NCBI GenBank assembly: GCA_965261455.1 | Contig: OZ253453.1 | Coordinates: forward strand, 1,366,374-1,430,373 | Origin: Dehalococcoidia bacterium | Lineage (GTDB): Bacteria; Chloroflexota; Dehalococcoidia; SHYB01 | Direction of reading: 5' to 3' | Length of the DNA stretch: 64,000 nucleotides | Part shown: positions 47,507-56,554 of the stretch, in pieces | Numbering within the stretch: the first letter of the stretch is position 1 | How the letters are laid out: every line of letters starts with the position of its first letter | Position numbers and translations under genes: made by a program | The notes under the pieces: generated by a model | The model's database searches: none | What the model was told of the DNA's origin: nothing | Seen by the model: only the letters and a program-made list of their open reading frames with translations

Positions 47507-48255
47507 CATAATCCGGCAGCGGAAACCACGACGAACGCCGCCCTTCCCCTCCTGTCTCCTCTCTCCCTCTGGAGACCTTGCGCAACCCGCCCGCGGGCAA
47601 GCATGGGTGGGGCCGGGAGCTCTTGCCTCTTCTCCCGTGGGAGGCCTTTGCAAAACCGACTGGGGTTCTGGCGGGGGGAGCGGAGGTGGCATTCACTTAA
47701 ACCTCTCCCCCTCTGGAGACCTTGCAAAACCGACTGGGGTCCTGGCGGGGGGAGCGGGGGTGGCATTCACTTAAACCTCTCCCCCTCTGGAGACCTTTGC
47801 AAAACCGACTGGGGTCCTGGCGGGGGGAGCGGGGGTGGCATTCACTTAAACCTCTCCCTCACGGAGACCTTTGCAAAACCGACTGGGGTCCTGGCGGGGG
47901 GAGCGGGGGTGGCATTCACTTAAACCTCTCCCCCTCTGGAGACCTTTCCAAAACCGACTGGGGTCCTGGCGGGGGGAGCGGGGGTGGCATTCACTTAAAC
48001 CTCTCCCCCTCTGGGGGAGACTGAGAGAGGGCGGGGGGAGGCGGGGGCCGCGCGACCTTGCTGAAGCCCGCCCGCCGAGTTACGCAAAAGTCTCCTCTCG
48101 GGGAAACTGAAAGAAGGCACACGCCCCAGGCGCGTTGGAGGCGGGCGGGGGCGGCCAGCGGCGCGCCAAAGCCCATCGAAGCCCGCCCCCTTCCGCTCTC
48201 TCCCCCTCTGGAGGACACTGAGAGAGAGCGCCGCCGCGCCCGCCTCCAAGGCCGC
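47507..48255. repeat. composite repeat block: M3 fragment, then 75-bp direct tandem repeat x about 5 (47641-48001), then M2-type hairpin modules
   Basis: Unit ctctccccctctggagacctttgcaaaaccgactggggtcctggcggggggagcgggggtggcattcacttaaac repeated head-to-tail with 1-3 mismatches. No unique spacers between copies. Confidence 0.85.
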
Positions 48256-48285
48256 CGAAAGAGCAGAGAAAGCAAGACTCCCTTG

Positions 48286-49374
48286 ATGCAGCAAGACGTA
48301 CGCGCGATCGTTTTCACCGGCGACGGACGGCACGAAGTGCGGCGGTTCGCCAAGCCCGACCCGCCGGAGGGCGGGCTCGTGCTGCGCGTCGAGGCCGTGG
48401 GCCTCTGCGGCAGCGACGCCGCCCAGCTTCACGGCCATCGCCTCGTCGGCAACGCCGTCTTCCCCGTCGTTCCCGGCCACGAGACCATCGGCCGGGTGGA
48501 GCGCATCGACCCCGCCGGCGACTGGACCGTGCGCGAGGGCGACCGCGTCGCCGTGGACGAAGTGCTCCGCTGCGGAACGTGCCGCTTCTGCCGCGCCGCT
48601 AGCACCCGCTGCGAGCGGCTCAAAGTCTACGGCTACTCCTTCGGCGCGGACGACGGCCCCGGCCTGTGGGGCGGCTTCGGCGAGTACATGGCGATTCTCC
48701 CCGGCACACACCTCATACCGGCGACGGACGCCATGCCCGCCGAGGAGCTCACCCTCTTCGAGCCCCTCGCCAACGCGCTCAACTGGGCCGGCATCGCACG
48801 CATCGCGCCCGGCGACACCGTCGTCGTCCAGGGCCCGGGCCACCAAGGGCTCTGCTGCGCCGCGGCGGCGCAACTCGCGGGCGCCGCCGAGATCATCGTG
48901 ACCGGCACGGGCCGGGACGGTCTCCGCCTCGAAACCGCCGCCGCCGCCTTCGACGCCAAGACCATCGACGTCGACGCGGCAGACCCCGTCCAGCGCGTCG
49001 CCGAGCTCACCGGCGGGGTCATGGCCGACGTGGTCATGGACCTCGCCGACGGCGCCCCCTCGACGGTGCCCCTAGCGGTCAAGATGGCGCGCCGAGGAGG
49101 CCGGGTGCTGCTCGCGGGACTCAAGCACGGCAAGCCCGTCGATGGCCTGTCGAGCGACGAAATCGTCAGCAAGATGCTCACCATTAACGGAGGCGCGGGC
49201 GCGACCCCAGAGACGATGGAGCGCGCCGTGCGCCTCCTCGGCGCGGGCCGCATCCCCTCGAAAGCCCTCCTCGGCAACGTCTACTCCATCGACGACGTAG
49301 ACACCGCCATAGCAGCCCTAGAACGCCGCATCCCCGCCAAAGACGCCGTCCGCGTAAGCCTCAAGCTAAGCTGA
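48286..49374 (+). CDS. zinc-binding alcohol dehydrogenase (MDR) family oxidoreductase
   Basis: GHETIGRV catalytic-zinc motif and CGTCRFCRAASTRC structural-zinc motif. ATG 48286. The track's upstream extension lies in the repeats. Confidence 0.8.
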   Translation: MQQDVRAIVFTGDGRHEVRRFAKPDPPEGGLVLRVEAVGLCGSDAAQLHGHRLVGNAVFPVVPGHETIGRVERIDPAGDWTVREGDRVAVDEVLRCGTCRFCRAASTRCERLKVYGYSFGADDGPGLWGGFGEYMAILPGTHLIPATDAMPAEELTLFEPLANALNWAGIARIAPGDTVVVQGPGHQGLCCAAAAQLAGAAEIIVTGTGRDGLRLETAAAAFDAKTIDVDAADPVQRVAELTGGVMADVVMDLADGAPSTVPLAVKMARRGGRVLLAGLKHGKPVDGLSSDEIVSKMLTINGGAGATPETMERAVRLLGAGRIPSKALLGNVYSIDDVDTAIAALERRIPAKDAVRVSLKLS

Positions 49375-49384
49375 GCGAGGGCGC

Positions 49385-50010
49385 TGGAGCGCGGCGCGGC
49401 GGCGCTGGGGCGCGGCGGAGAGGTCTTGCCCCCTCTCCCGCTGGAGACCTTTGCGTAACCCCCCGCGGGCTCAAGCATGGGTGGGGCCGGCAGGTCTTGC
49501 CTCTTCTCCCCACGGGAGAAGATTGAGATGAGGGGCCCCCTCGCAACCACCACGGGTTAACGAAGTCCGCCACCCTCGCGGTCAGCCCCTCCGCCAACGC
49601 CAAGTCCTCGCCGAAGTGCACCTTCAACCTTTCCCCCTCTGGGGGAAACTGAAAGAGGGCACGCGCCCCAGGCGCGTCGGAGGCGGGCGGGGGGCGGCCA
49701 GCGGCGCGCCAAAGCCCATCGAAGCCCGCCCCCTTCCGCTCTCTCCCTCTGGAGACCTTTGCAAAACCGACTGGGGTCCTGGCGGGGGGAGCGGGGGTGG
49801 CATTCACTTAAACCTCTCCCCCTCTGGGGGAGACTGAGAGAGGGCGGGGGGAGGCGGGGGCCGCGCGACCTTGCTGAAACCCGCCCGCCGGTTACGCAAA
49901 GGTCTCCCCACGGGAGAAGATTGAGATGAGGGGCCCCCTCGCAACCACCACGGGTTATCGAAGCCCGCCACCTTCGCGGTCAGTCACCCCGGTTGCGCAA
50001 AGGCCTCCGC
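49385..50010. repeat. composite block of M1, M3, M2-variant and M3 modules
   Basis: Direct match to modules at 30661, 33235 and 47507-48255. Confidence 0.8.
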
Positions 50011-50194
50011 TGGGAGAGGGTTAGCATGACGGCGCAGCATGGCGGGGTTCGTCGAACGCCAAACCTCACGGCCCGACACTACGCCGAGCTCCTCCCAGGC
50101 TTAGAGGTGGGGTATGCTATCCAGCCGTAGAGGGCAACACGACAGAACAAGGTTGGGGCATTGAAGGAGATGGCAAAGCCAGAGGGACAGGTCA

Positions 50195-51208
50195 ATGTCA
50201 AGCAAGATAGAAGAGTGCATCATTTGGCCGGGGTCTTTCGCGATCGGAGAGCATTTGCCATCAACTGGAATTTATCGTGTGCCCTATTCTTTCCGAGCGG
50301 CTGGAGCATACGAGGTTGCAGACAATCCAAGCTTGATAGATGCACTCAAGGATCTAACCGATGAAGAACGGTCACGTCTGACTACCTGGCTTATTGATCA
50401 AAGGTCGCTGGGTGTTAGGCGTCCCATAGTAACCCAAGAAATCATCGATTACGCTAAGCATCGCCGCCCATTCCTGGTTCACGAGAGAGCCAATAGACTC
50501 TTGAGGTACCTTGTAGAACAAACGAACTCGATAGGTCAGGAAATAGAGATTGGCTGCGAAGGTTCTCGCAATAATTTTGGAGAGTGGCTTCCGTCTGATT
50601 CTCAAAGCCTCTGGAGCGCGACGGCTTGGTCTGAGTCAGTACAGTCGAGCGAAGTCAAACCCTTCGCCAAATATCTAGAGGAAAAGGGCTGGATTACATT
50701 TTCCCTCGCTGGCAGATGCGGACGATTGACTGTAACAGTCGACGGATACAGCCACATTGAAGATATCGCAACGAGAACTGACTCCGCACAGGCCTTCGTC
50801 GCCATGTGGTTTCACGACGAAATGAATGAGGCCTATAAGAAGGGTATCGAGCCAGGTATAGAAGCGGCGGGCTACAAAGCACTGAGAATCGATCAGAAAG
50901 AACACACGAATAAGATCGACGACGAGATCATTGCCGGAATTAGGCGCTCGCGGTTCTTGGTAGCCGACTTCACTCAAGGAGAAGACGGGGCACGAGGTGG
51001 TGTCTACTTTGAGGCAGGTTTCGCGTTTGGACTGAACATCCCCATCATCTACACTTGCCGAAAGGACGTGAAGGACAAACTGGCCTTCGATACCAGGCAA
51101 TACAACCACATCCTGTGGGAAACGCCCGAAGAACTGCGGGATGCCCTAACCAAGCGGATTGGCGCCGTGATCGAAGACGGCCCGCTGCTACAAAATGAGC
51201 TCCCATAG
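50195..51208 (+). CDS. two-domain protein: unrecognised N-terminal domain (about 190 aa) plus C-terminal TIR-like/SLOG (NDT-like Rossmannoid) domain; candidate defence or nucleotide-processing effector
   Basis: C-terminus FVAMWFHDEM...RFLVADFTQGEDGARGGVYFEAGFAFGLNIPIIYT matches the F-I-x-H-G-H ... a-R-x-N-V-x-F-E-x-G-y-f-x-G-x-L signature of TIR-like (DUF2321-type) / nucleoside 2-deoxyribosyltransferase-like domains. The gene is visibly AT-richer (about 50% GC, aga/ata/tta codons) than its flanks. Confidence 0.6.
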   Translation: MSSKIEECIIWPGSFAIGEHLPSTGIYRVPYSFRAAGAYEVADNPSLIDALKDLTDEERSRLTTWLIDQRSLGVRRPIVTQEIIDYAKHRRPFLVHERANRLLRYLVEQTNSIGQEIEIGCEGSRNNFGEWLPSDSQSLWSATAWSESVQSSEVKPFAKYLEEKGWITFSLAGRCGRLTVTVDGYSHIEDIATRTDSAQAFVAMWFHDEMNEAYKKGIEPGIEAAGYKALRIDQKEHTNKIDDEIIAGIRRSRFLVADFTQGEDGARGGVYFEAGFAFGLNIPIIYTCRKDVKDKLAFDTRQYNHILWETPEELRDALTKRIGAVIEDGPLLQNELP

Positions 51209-51394
51209 ACCCCCCCACGCGCCATCCGCCCCTTCCCCATCCCCACCCCCGCCCCCTACCATGTCCCCATGCGAAACCAGCCCATTGGCGCCGGCCGAGA
51301 CGGCCGTGGGCGCGCGAGCGCGAGAGAGCTCCTTCGGGAAGCTCCCGCGCGTAGGCGCGCCGAGCGCTGACCCGTCGGCGCCTTGAGCGAGTCG

Positions 51395-51420
51395 GACGCT
51401 GACCTCAGCGTCCGACTTGA
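51395..51420 (+). terminator. strong hairpin (GTCGGACGCTGA-cc-TCAGCGTCCGAC) downstream of the TIR-like gene
   Basis: 12-bp perfect stem. A second 9-bp hairpin sits at 51527-51551. Confidence 0.4.
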
Positions 51421-51710
51421 AGAACTTCAGCGTGGCCGGTCTCCTAGGGACCAACAAGGCCACGCCGGAGTTGCAGAGCGGAGTTTAGAGAGACGGCCCC
51501 CCGCGGCTATCCCCCCGCCGGGCCCGTGACCGCCACCGCGCGGCGGTCACTCCCCAAACTCAGCTGAAAAGAGTACGCGTTGGCCCCCCTATGCCTTCCG
51601 TGGCTCTTTCTCCTCTAGTGGACCGGCCTCATGTTGCCGCCGCCCTCCATACCACGTAACATCTGCCCATATCCGGCGAGGCCGCGTTCAGCGGCGCGAA
51701 AGGAAGCGTC

Positions 51711-52253
51711 ATGGCGAAGATCGAGCTGCTCGACCCTACCGGCGTCATGCCCAAGTTGGACAAGACCGACACCCCCACCCTCGACACCATCGACGGGAAG
51801 CGGATCGGCTTCCGCGTGGACTGGGCCAACTTCGATGTCTTCTGTGACGAGGTCGACGCCCACCTCAAGGAGAACTACGAGCCCCTCGAGGTCAAGCACT
51901 ACTACCCGAGCGGCCGGAGCCAGACCGACTCGGGCGCCCAGGAACTGGCCGACTTCGTAGAAAGCGTGGATGCCGTCGCCGTCGGCCTCGCGGCCTGAGG
52001 CTCCTGCACAGCGTGGAGTGTCCACGACACAATTGCCGTCAACGAGTTGGGTAAGCCGGCGGTCCTCATGGTGACCTCCGAGTTCGTCAAGCTGGCCGAG
52101 AGCCTGCTGCGCGCCCGCAACCGCAGCGACATCCCGATGGTCGTCCTGCCTCATCCCTTCGAGCCCCTGCCCAAGGACGACATCAAGGCGCTGGCCAAAG
52201 AGAAGTACGAGGCCGTGGCCAGGGCGCTGACCGACGGCGAGACGAGCGCTTAG
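51711..52253 (+). CDS. UGSC-motif protein with single in-frame TGA (candidate selenoprotein, 180 aa)
   Basis: ATG 51711 with aggaag RBS. The 51711-51998 and 52047-52253 track ORFs are one frame interrupted only by TGA 51996-51998, giving ...AVGLAA-U-GSCTAW.... Stem-loop CGTGGA-gtg-TCCACG at 52012-52026 lies 13 nt after the UGA. Confidence 0.55.
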
Positions 52254-52262
52254 GAGGCCCCG

Positions 52263-53321
52263 ATGCCGGACCCAACCCTGACGGCGGAGATCGTCGCCCT
52301 CGACGACGACTCAATCGAGGCCGTCTACGAGCGCGCCGCGGAACTCGGCTGGATCGACGGCCTGCCCATCATCCCGCCGACCCCGGACCGCGTGAAGCGG
52401 ATGATGGCGGGCGTCAACCGCGAACCGCAGGACAACGTCGCCAACATCCCGCCCAACAACGCCCCGGCGACCATCGAGAAGATCGCCATCAACGCGGTGA
52501 TGGCGGGCTGCAAGCCGGAGTACATGCCGGTCGTGGTCGGCGCCATCGAGGCCTGCGCCGACCCGCAGTTCAACCTCTACGCGCTCAACACCACGACGAG
52601 CAGCGTAGGCCAGTTGCTCATCGTCAACGGCCCCATCCGCAACGAGCTGGAGATCAACTGCGGCTACAGCGTGTTCGGCGGGGCCAACGCCCGCGCCAAC
52701 ACCACCATCGGGCGCGCCGTGCGCCTGGTGATGCGGAACGTGGGCGGCTCCATCGAGGGCATCGTCAGCAAGAGCACGATGGGCAACCCGCTGCGCATCA
52801 CGGGCTGCGTCGGCGAGTGGGAGGAGCAGAGCCCCTGGCCGGCGCTCAGCGTCCAGCGCGGCCTCGCCGAAGGCCAGGACGCGGTCACCGTCTTCGGCGC
52901 GCAGGGCACGCTCAACCTGCAGGACGTCGCATGCAAGACGGCGGCGGGCCTGCTGACCGTCCTGGCGCACTCCATCGACTGCTCGGCCACCAACATGGTG
53001 CTCGGCAAGCTGGAGTCGGCGCAGATCCTGCTCGCGCTGTGCCCCGACTTCGCCTACATCGTGTCGCGCGACGGCTGGTCGGTCGAGGACGCGCGCCAGT
53101 TCATCTTCGAACAGACAAGCGCGGTCCCGCTCGACCGCTGGCCCGAGGAGCTGCACGGCCCCATGGAGGAGCGCGGGCGCATCGTCAACGGCGTCGTGCC
53201 CATGGCGGCAAACCCCGATCAGTTCCTCATCATCGTCAACGGCGGCCTCGGCGGGCTGCACGCCATCGCGTGCCACTCCTTCGCGGAGACGGACGCGGTG
53301 ACCCGCCCCATCGTGCGGTAG
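52263..53321 (+). CDS. hypothetical protein (352 aa), translationally coupled to the UGSC gene
   Basis: Starts 9 nt after the UGSC stop with gaggcc RBS-like sequence. Cys-containing, no recognisable family. Confidence 0.55.
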   Translation: MPDPTLTAEIVALDDDSIEAVYERAAELGWIDGLPIIPPTPDRVKRMMAGVNREPQDNVANIPPNNAPATIEKIAINAVMAGCKPEYMPVVVGAIEACADPQFNLYALNTTTSSVGQLLIVNGPIRNELEINCGYSVFGGANARANTTIGRAVRLVMRNVGGSIEGIVSKSTMGNPLRITGCVGEWEEQSPWPALSVQRGLAEGQDAVTVFGAQGTLNLQDVACKTAAGLLTVLAHSIDCSATNMVLGKLESAQILLALCPDFAYIVSRDGWSVEDARQFIFEQTSAVPLDRWPEELHGPMEERGRIVNGVVPMAANPDQFLIIVNGGLGGLHAIACHSFAETDAVTRPIVR

Positions 53322-53367
53322 CGCGCCGCGCCGGGCCCAAGACGAACGCACAGCCTAGGAGGCAATC

Positions 53368-54159
53368 ATGGCGGATTCACTGCTCGGCTTGGAGGATAAG
53401 GTCTGCCTCGTCACCGGTTCGGGGCAGGGGATGGGCGAAGGGATCGCCACCGTCCTCGCCGAGGCCGGCTGCCACGCGGCGGTCGTCGATCTGAACCCGG
53501 AAAAGGCCGAGCGCGTCGCCGCCAAGATCCGCGGCATGGGCCGCCGGGCCATCGCCCTCACCGCCGACGCGCGGTCGGAGGACGCCGTCCGCAAAATGGT
53601 GGAAGACACCGTGGCCGAGCTCGGCGGGCTGGACATCGGCGTGTGCAACATCGGCGGGCTGAGCCAGGAGCACCCCGCGCTGGTGGTCGACTCATCGCTC
53701 GAGTTCTGGGACTACGTGGTCAATCAGAACCTGCGCTCGACGTACCTCTGCTCCCGCGAAATGGCCCGGTCTATGGTCGAGCGCGGCGTGAAGGGCGCCA
53801 TCGTCAACATCGCCTCGATCAGCGGGCTGCGGGCGTCCGCGCGGCTCTCGCCCTACGGCGCGTCGAAGGCGGGGATCATGCACTACACCCAGACGCTGGC
53901 CATGGAACTCGCCCCGCGCGGCATCCGCGTGAACTGCGTCTCGCCGGCGTCGATCAACACGCCGGAGGCGCTGGGGCACTCGGGCCGGACGGAGATGGAC
54001 GCCTCGGTCATCCCTATCGGGCGCGCGGGGCAGCCGGAGGACATCGGCTTCCTCGTCGCCATGCTCGCCTCCGACCGCGCCGGCTACGTCGGCCAGACCA
54101 TCCACGCCGACGGCGGCCTCAGCTGCACCTCGGCCCGCCCCCAGATGGCCGGCGGCTAG
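53368..54159 (+). CDS. SDR-family oxidoreductase
   Basis: VCLVTGSGQGMGEGIA and YGASKAG motifs. Confidence 0.85.
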   Translation: MADSLLGLEDKVCLVTGSGQGMGEGIATVLAEAGCHAAVVDLNPEKAERVAAKIRGMGRRAIALTADARSEDAVRKMVEDTVAELGGLDIGVCNIGGLSQEHPALVVDSSLEFWDYVVNQNLRSTYLCSREMARSMVERGVKGAIVNIASISGLRASARLSPYGASKAGIMHYTQTLAMELAPRGIRVNCVSPASINTPEALGHSGRTEMDASVIPIGRAGQPEDIGFLVAMLASDRAGYVGQTIHADGGLSCTSARPQMAGG

Positions 54160-54165
54160 CGCGGC

Positions 54166-55176
54166 ATGCTCGAACGCATCGGGGTCAACCTCACGCTGCG
54201 GGAGGACCGCCCGGTCCCCGAGATCGTCGAGTTCGTCCAGCGGCTCGAAGGGGCGGGCTACGACTCGGTGTGGGTGGGGGAGTCGTGGGGGCGGGAGCTG
54301 TTCGTCATGCTCACCGCGCTGGCGTGCCACACCTCGCGCATCCAGATCGCGGCGGGCATCGCCAACGTCTACAGCCGCACCCCCGCGCTGGTGGCGCAGT
54401 GCGCCGCGACCCTCGACGAAGTCTCCGGCAAGCGGGCCATCCTCGGCCTCGGAACCAGCGGGGCGAAGGTTATCCGTGACTGGCACGGCGTCCCCTACGA
54501 CAGGCCCCTGCAGCGCACGCGGGAGTACGTCGAGATCGTCCGGCTGGCGCTGAGCGGTCAGCGGGTCAACTACGACGGCGAGATCTACAAGCTGCGCGAC
54601 TTCCGGATCGCGACGAAGCCGCCCCGCTCCGACACGCCCATCTTCGTCGCCTCGCTGGGCCCGAAGAACGTCCGCTTGACCGGCGAGCTCGCCGACGGAT
54701 GGGCGCCGCTCTACGTCTCGCCCAACTATCTGCCCCAGTTGCAGGCCTGGCTGGCCGAGGGCGCGACACGGGCCGGACGCGACCCGCGCGAGGTGGACCT
54801 GCGCCCCTACGTCGTCGCCTGCGTGGACGACGACCCCCAGGTGGCGCGCAAGCTCATCAAGGGGCACCTCGCCTTCTACATCGGCGGGATGGGCCGGTAC
54901 TACCGCGACCTCATCGCGCGGTACGGCTACGTCGAGGAGACCGACCGCATCACCGACCTGTGGTCGAAGCGCGAGCGCGCACAGGCCGCCGACGTCGTCA
55001 CCGACGCCATGGTCGACGAGTTCTGCGCCGGCGGCACACCGGAACAGGCACGGCAGAAGCTGGCCGACCTCGCGGACAAGGGGCTGGACTCGCCCGTCCT
55101 CTACGTACCTAACGGCTCGCCGATGGAGACGATGCTGCGGACCGTCGACGAGCTGGCGCCGGCGAAGTTCCGCTAG
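54166..55176 (+). CDS. LLM-class F420-dependent oxidoreductase
   Basis: GYDSVWVGESWGRE...SRTPALVAQCAATLDEVSGKRAILGLGTSG luciferase-like TIM-barrel signature. Confidence 0.85.
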   Translation: MLERIGVNLTLREDRPVPEIVEFVQRLEGAGYDSVWVGESWGRELFVMLTALACHTSRIQIAAGIANVYSRTPALVAQCAATLDEVSGKRAILGLGTSGAKVIRDWHGVPYDRPLQRTREYVEIVRLALSGQRVNYDGEIYKLRDFRIATKPPRSDTPIFVASLGPKNVRLTGELADGWAPLYVSPNYLPQLQAWLAEGATRAGRDPREVDLRPYVVACVDDDPQVARKLIKGHLAFYIGGMGRYYRDLIARYGYVEETDRITDLWSKRERAQAADVVTDAMVDEFCAGGTPEQARQKLADLADKGLDSPVLYVPNGSPMETMLRTVDELAPAKFR

Positions 55177-55186
55177 CCCGCGCGTC

Positions 55187-56488
55187 TTGGACCTCTCCTC
55201 ACTTCGCTTGACGCCGCCGGAGTCGATCCTGGGGCGCCACGTCTTCTACGGATGGTGGATCGTCACCGCCGTCTTCGGCCTGACCTCGATGGTATCGGGC
55301 TTCTACTTCCTCGGCTTCTCCGCCTTCGTGCTCCCCCTCTCTGAGACGTTCGACGTGGGGCGCGACAGCGTCGGGCTCCTCTTTGGCGTCTCAAGCTCCG
55401 TCGCCGCCGTCTTCGGGCTGGCGGCGGCGCGAATAAGTCCCCGCGTCATGACCTTCGCCGGCGTGCTCATGATGGGCGTCGGTTTCCTGCTCCTGGGGCG
55501 GGCGGAGTCGTTCCTGGCCTACGCCTTCATCCAAGCGCCGCTGGTGGCCACGGGCGGCTTCCTAATCGTGATGTACGGCTCGGGGACGATCATTAACAAC
55601 TGGTTCTCCAAGCGGCGCGGGCTCGCCTTCGCCATCGGGATGACGGGAGTGAGCTTCGGAGCGCTGCTGGTCAACCTGACGCAGTTCCTCATCGACGGCA
55701 TGGGGTGGCGCGACACGACGCTGGTGCTCGGCATCATCGTGCTCACCGCGGGGTTGCCCCTGGCGGCGATCATGCGAACGCGCCCCGAGGATGAGGGGCT
55801 GCTGCCTGACGGAGAGCAGCCGCGCCCCGGCGTCCAAGCCCCCGCAACGTCCGCCGCCGTGCCAGTCCTGCCTGCCGACAGCGGCCACACGGTGCGTCAG
55901 GCCCTGGCTACGCGGACGTTTTGGGTGATGAGCCTCGCGTTCATGGCGCGGAACTTCGTCACCACCGGCCTCGGCGGACACTTCATCCCCGCCATCGAAG
56001 ACAAGGGCTTCACCGCCGCTGCCGCCGCCGCGCTGCTGATCGCCTTCGCGGCGATGACCGTGCCCAGCCGGCTGACCTCCGGGTACCTCGGCGACCGTTG
56101 GCGGCGCAACATCATCGCGGGCGTTCTCATGGTGGTCATCGCGGGCTCGATGCTGATCATGATCTGGGCCCAGGCGCTGGCACTCATCATCGTCTTCGTG
56201 CTCCTCTACGGCGCCGCCTGGGGCGGCATCGGCGGCGCGATGTCGATGGCGCTCCGCGGCGAGTTCTTCGGACGGCGCGACTTCGCCGCCATCGCCAGCG
56301 TCACCACGCTCGTCATCGGGCTCGGCGAGATCTCCGGCCCTTTCGTGGCCGGGCGCATCTTCGAGGAGACCGGCTCCTACCGGCTGGCCTACGTCGCCTT
56401 CGCCGTGGCAGCCCTCATCTCCGCGATCGGCCTCCTCTCCCTGCGCCCGCCCCAGCGCGGTACGCCGACGGAACCGGTGACGGACTAG
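55187..56488 (+). CDS. MFS transporter
   Basis: 12-TM profile, 433 aa. TTG start assumed. Its last about 55 bp are duplicated at 57283-57345. Confidence 0.75.
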   Translation: MDLSSLRLTPPESILGRHVFYGWWIVTAVFGLTSMVSGFYFLGFSAFVLPLSETFDVGRDSVGLLFGVSSSVAAVFGLAAARISPRVMTFAGVLMMGVGFLLLGRAESFLAYAFIQAPLVATGGFLIVMYGSGTIINNWFSKRRGLAFAIGMTGVSFGALLVNLTQFLIDGMGWRDTTLVLGIIVLTAGLPLAAIMRTRPEDEGLLPDGEQPRPGVQAPATSAAVPVLPADSGHTVRQALATRTFWVMSLAFMARNFVTTGLGGHFIPAIEDKGFTAAAAAALLIAFAAMTVPSRLTSGYLGDRWRRNIIAGVLMVVIAGSMLIMIWAQALALIIVFVLLYGAAWGGIGGAMSMALRGEFFGRRDFAAIASVTTLVIGLGEISGPFVAGRIFEETGSYRLAYVAFAVAALISAIGLLSLRPPQRGTPTEPVTD

Positions 56489-56520
56489 CGCTGCCTAGAC
56501 ACGCCTTGCTGCTGTTACTA

Positions 56521-56540
56521 CTATTATCTAATAATAGAAT
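56521..56540 (+). promoter_or_regulatory. AT-rich palindromic operator (CTATTAT-cta-ATAATAG) overlapping a TAGAAT -10, upstream of hicB
   Basis: Perfect 7-bp inverted repeat in a locally AT-rich stretch, 15 nt before ATG 56555. Confidence 0.5.
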
Positions 56541-56554
56541 CGAGGGTTGGCGAG

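Noticed and set aside
47438-47692. Upstream extension of the amidohydrolase ORF 46307-47692
   Set aside because: It runs into the repeat block. The GTG at 47437 has a perfect AGGAGG 8 nt upstream and gives a length matching the paralogues.
47660-47720. TTGCAA ... TTAAAC inside each 75-bp unit as a sigma-70 promoter
   Set aside because: Spacing between the two hexamer-like sequences is about 43 nt, incompatible with -35/-10 geometry.
47641-48001. The 75-bp tandem repeats as a CRISPR array
   Set aside because: Copies are contiguous with no unique spacers. Unit length (75 bp) is far outside CRISPR repeat size. No cas genes are in the window.
47603-48110. Track ORFs 47603-47923, 47722-48024, 47871-48110 (and minus-strand 47212-47766, 47307-47696) as genes
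   Set aside because: They are open only because the 75-bp repeat is a multiple of 3. They have identical periodic 'protein' sequence in all three frames and no RBS.
50161-50364. 67-aa ORF (MKEMAKPEG...) upstream of and overlapping the TIR-like gene
   Set aside because: It is out of frame with the long ORF that carries the domain homology. The AAGGAG sits directly against its ATG with no spacer. It is probably not translated.
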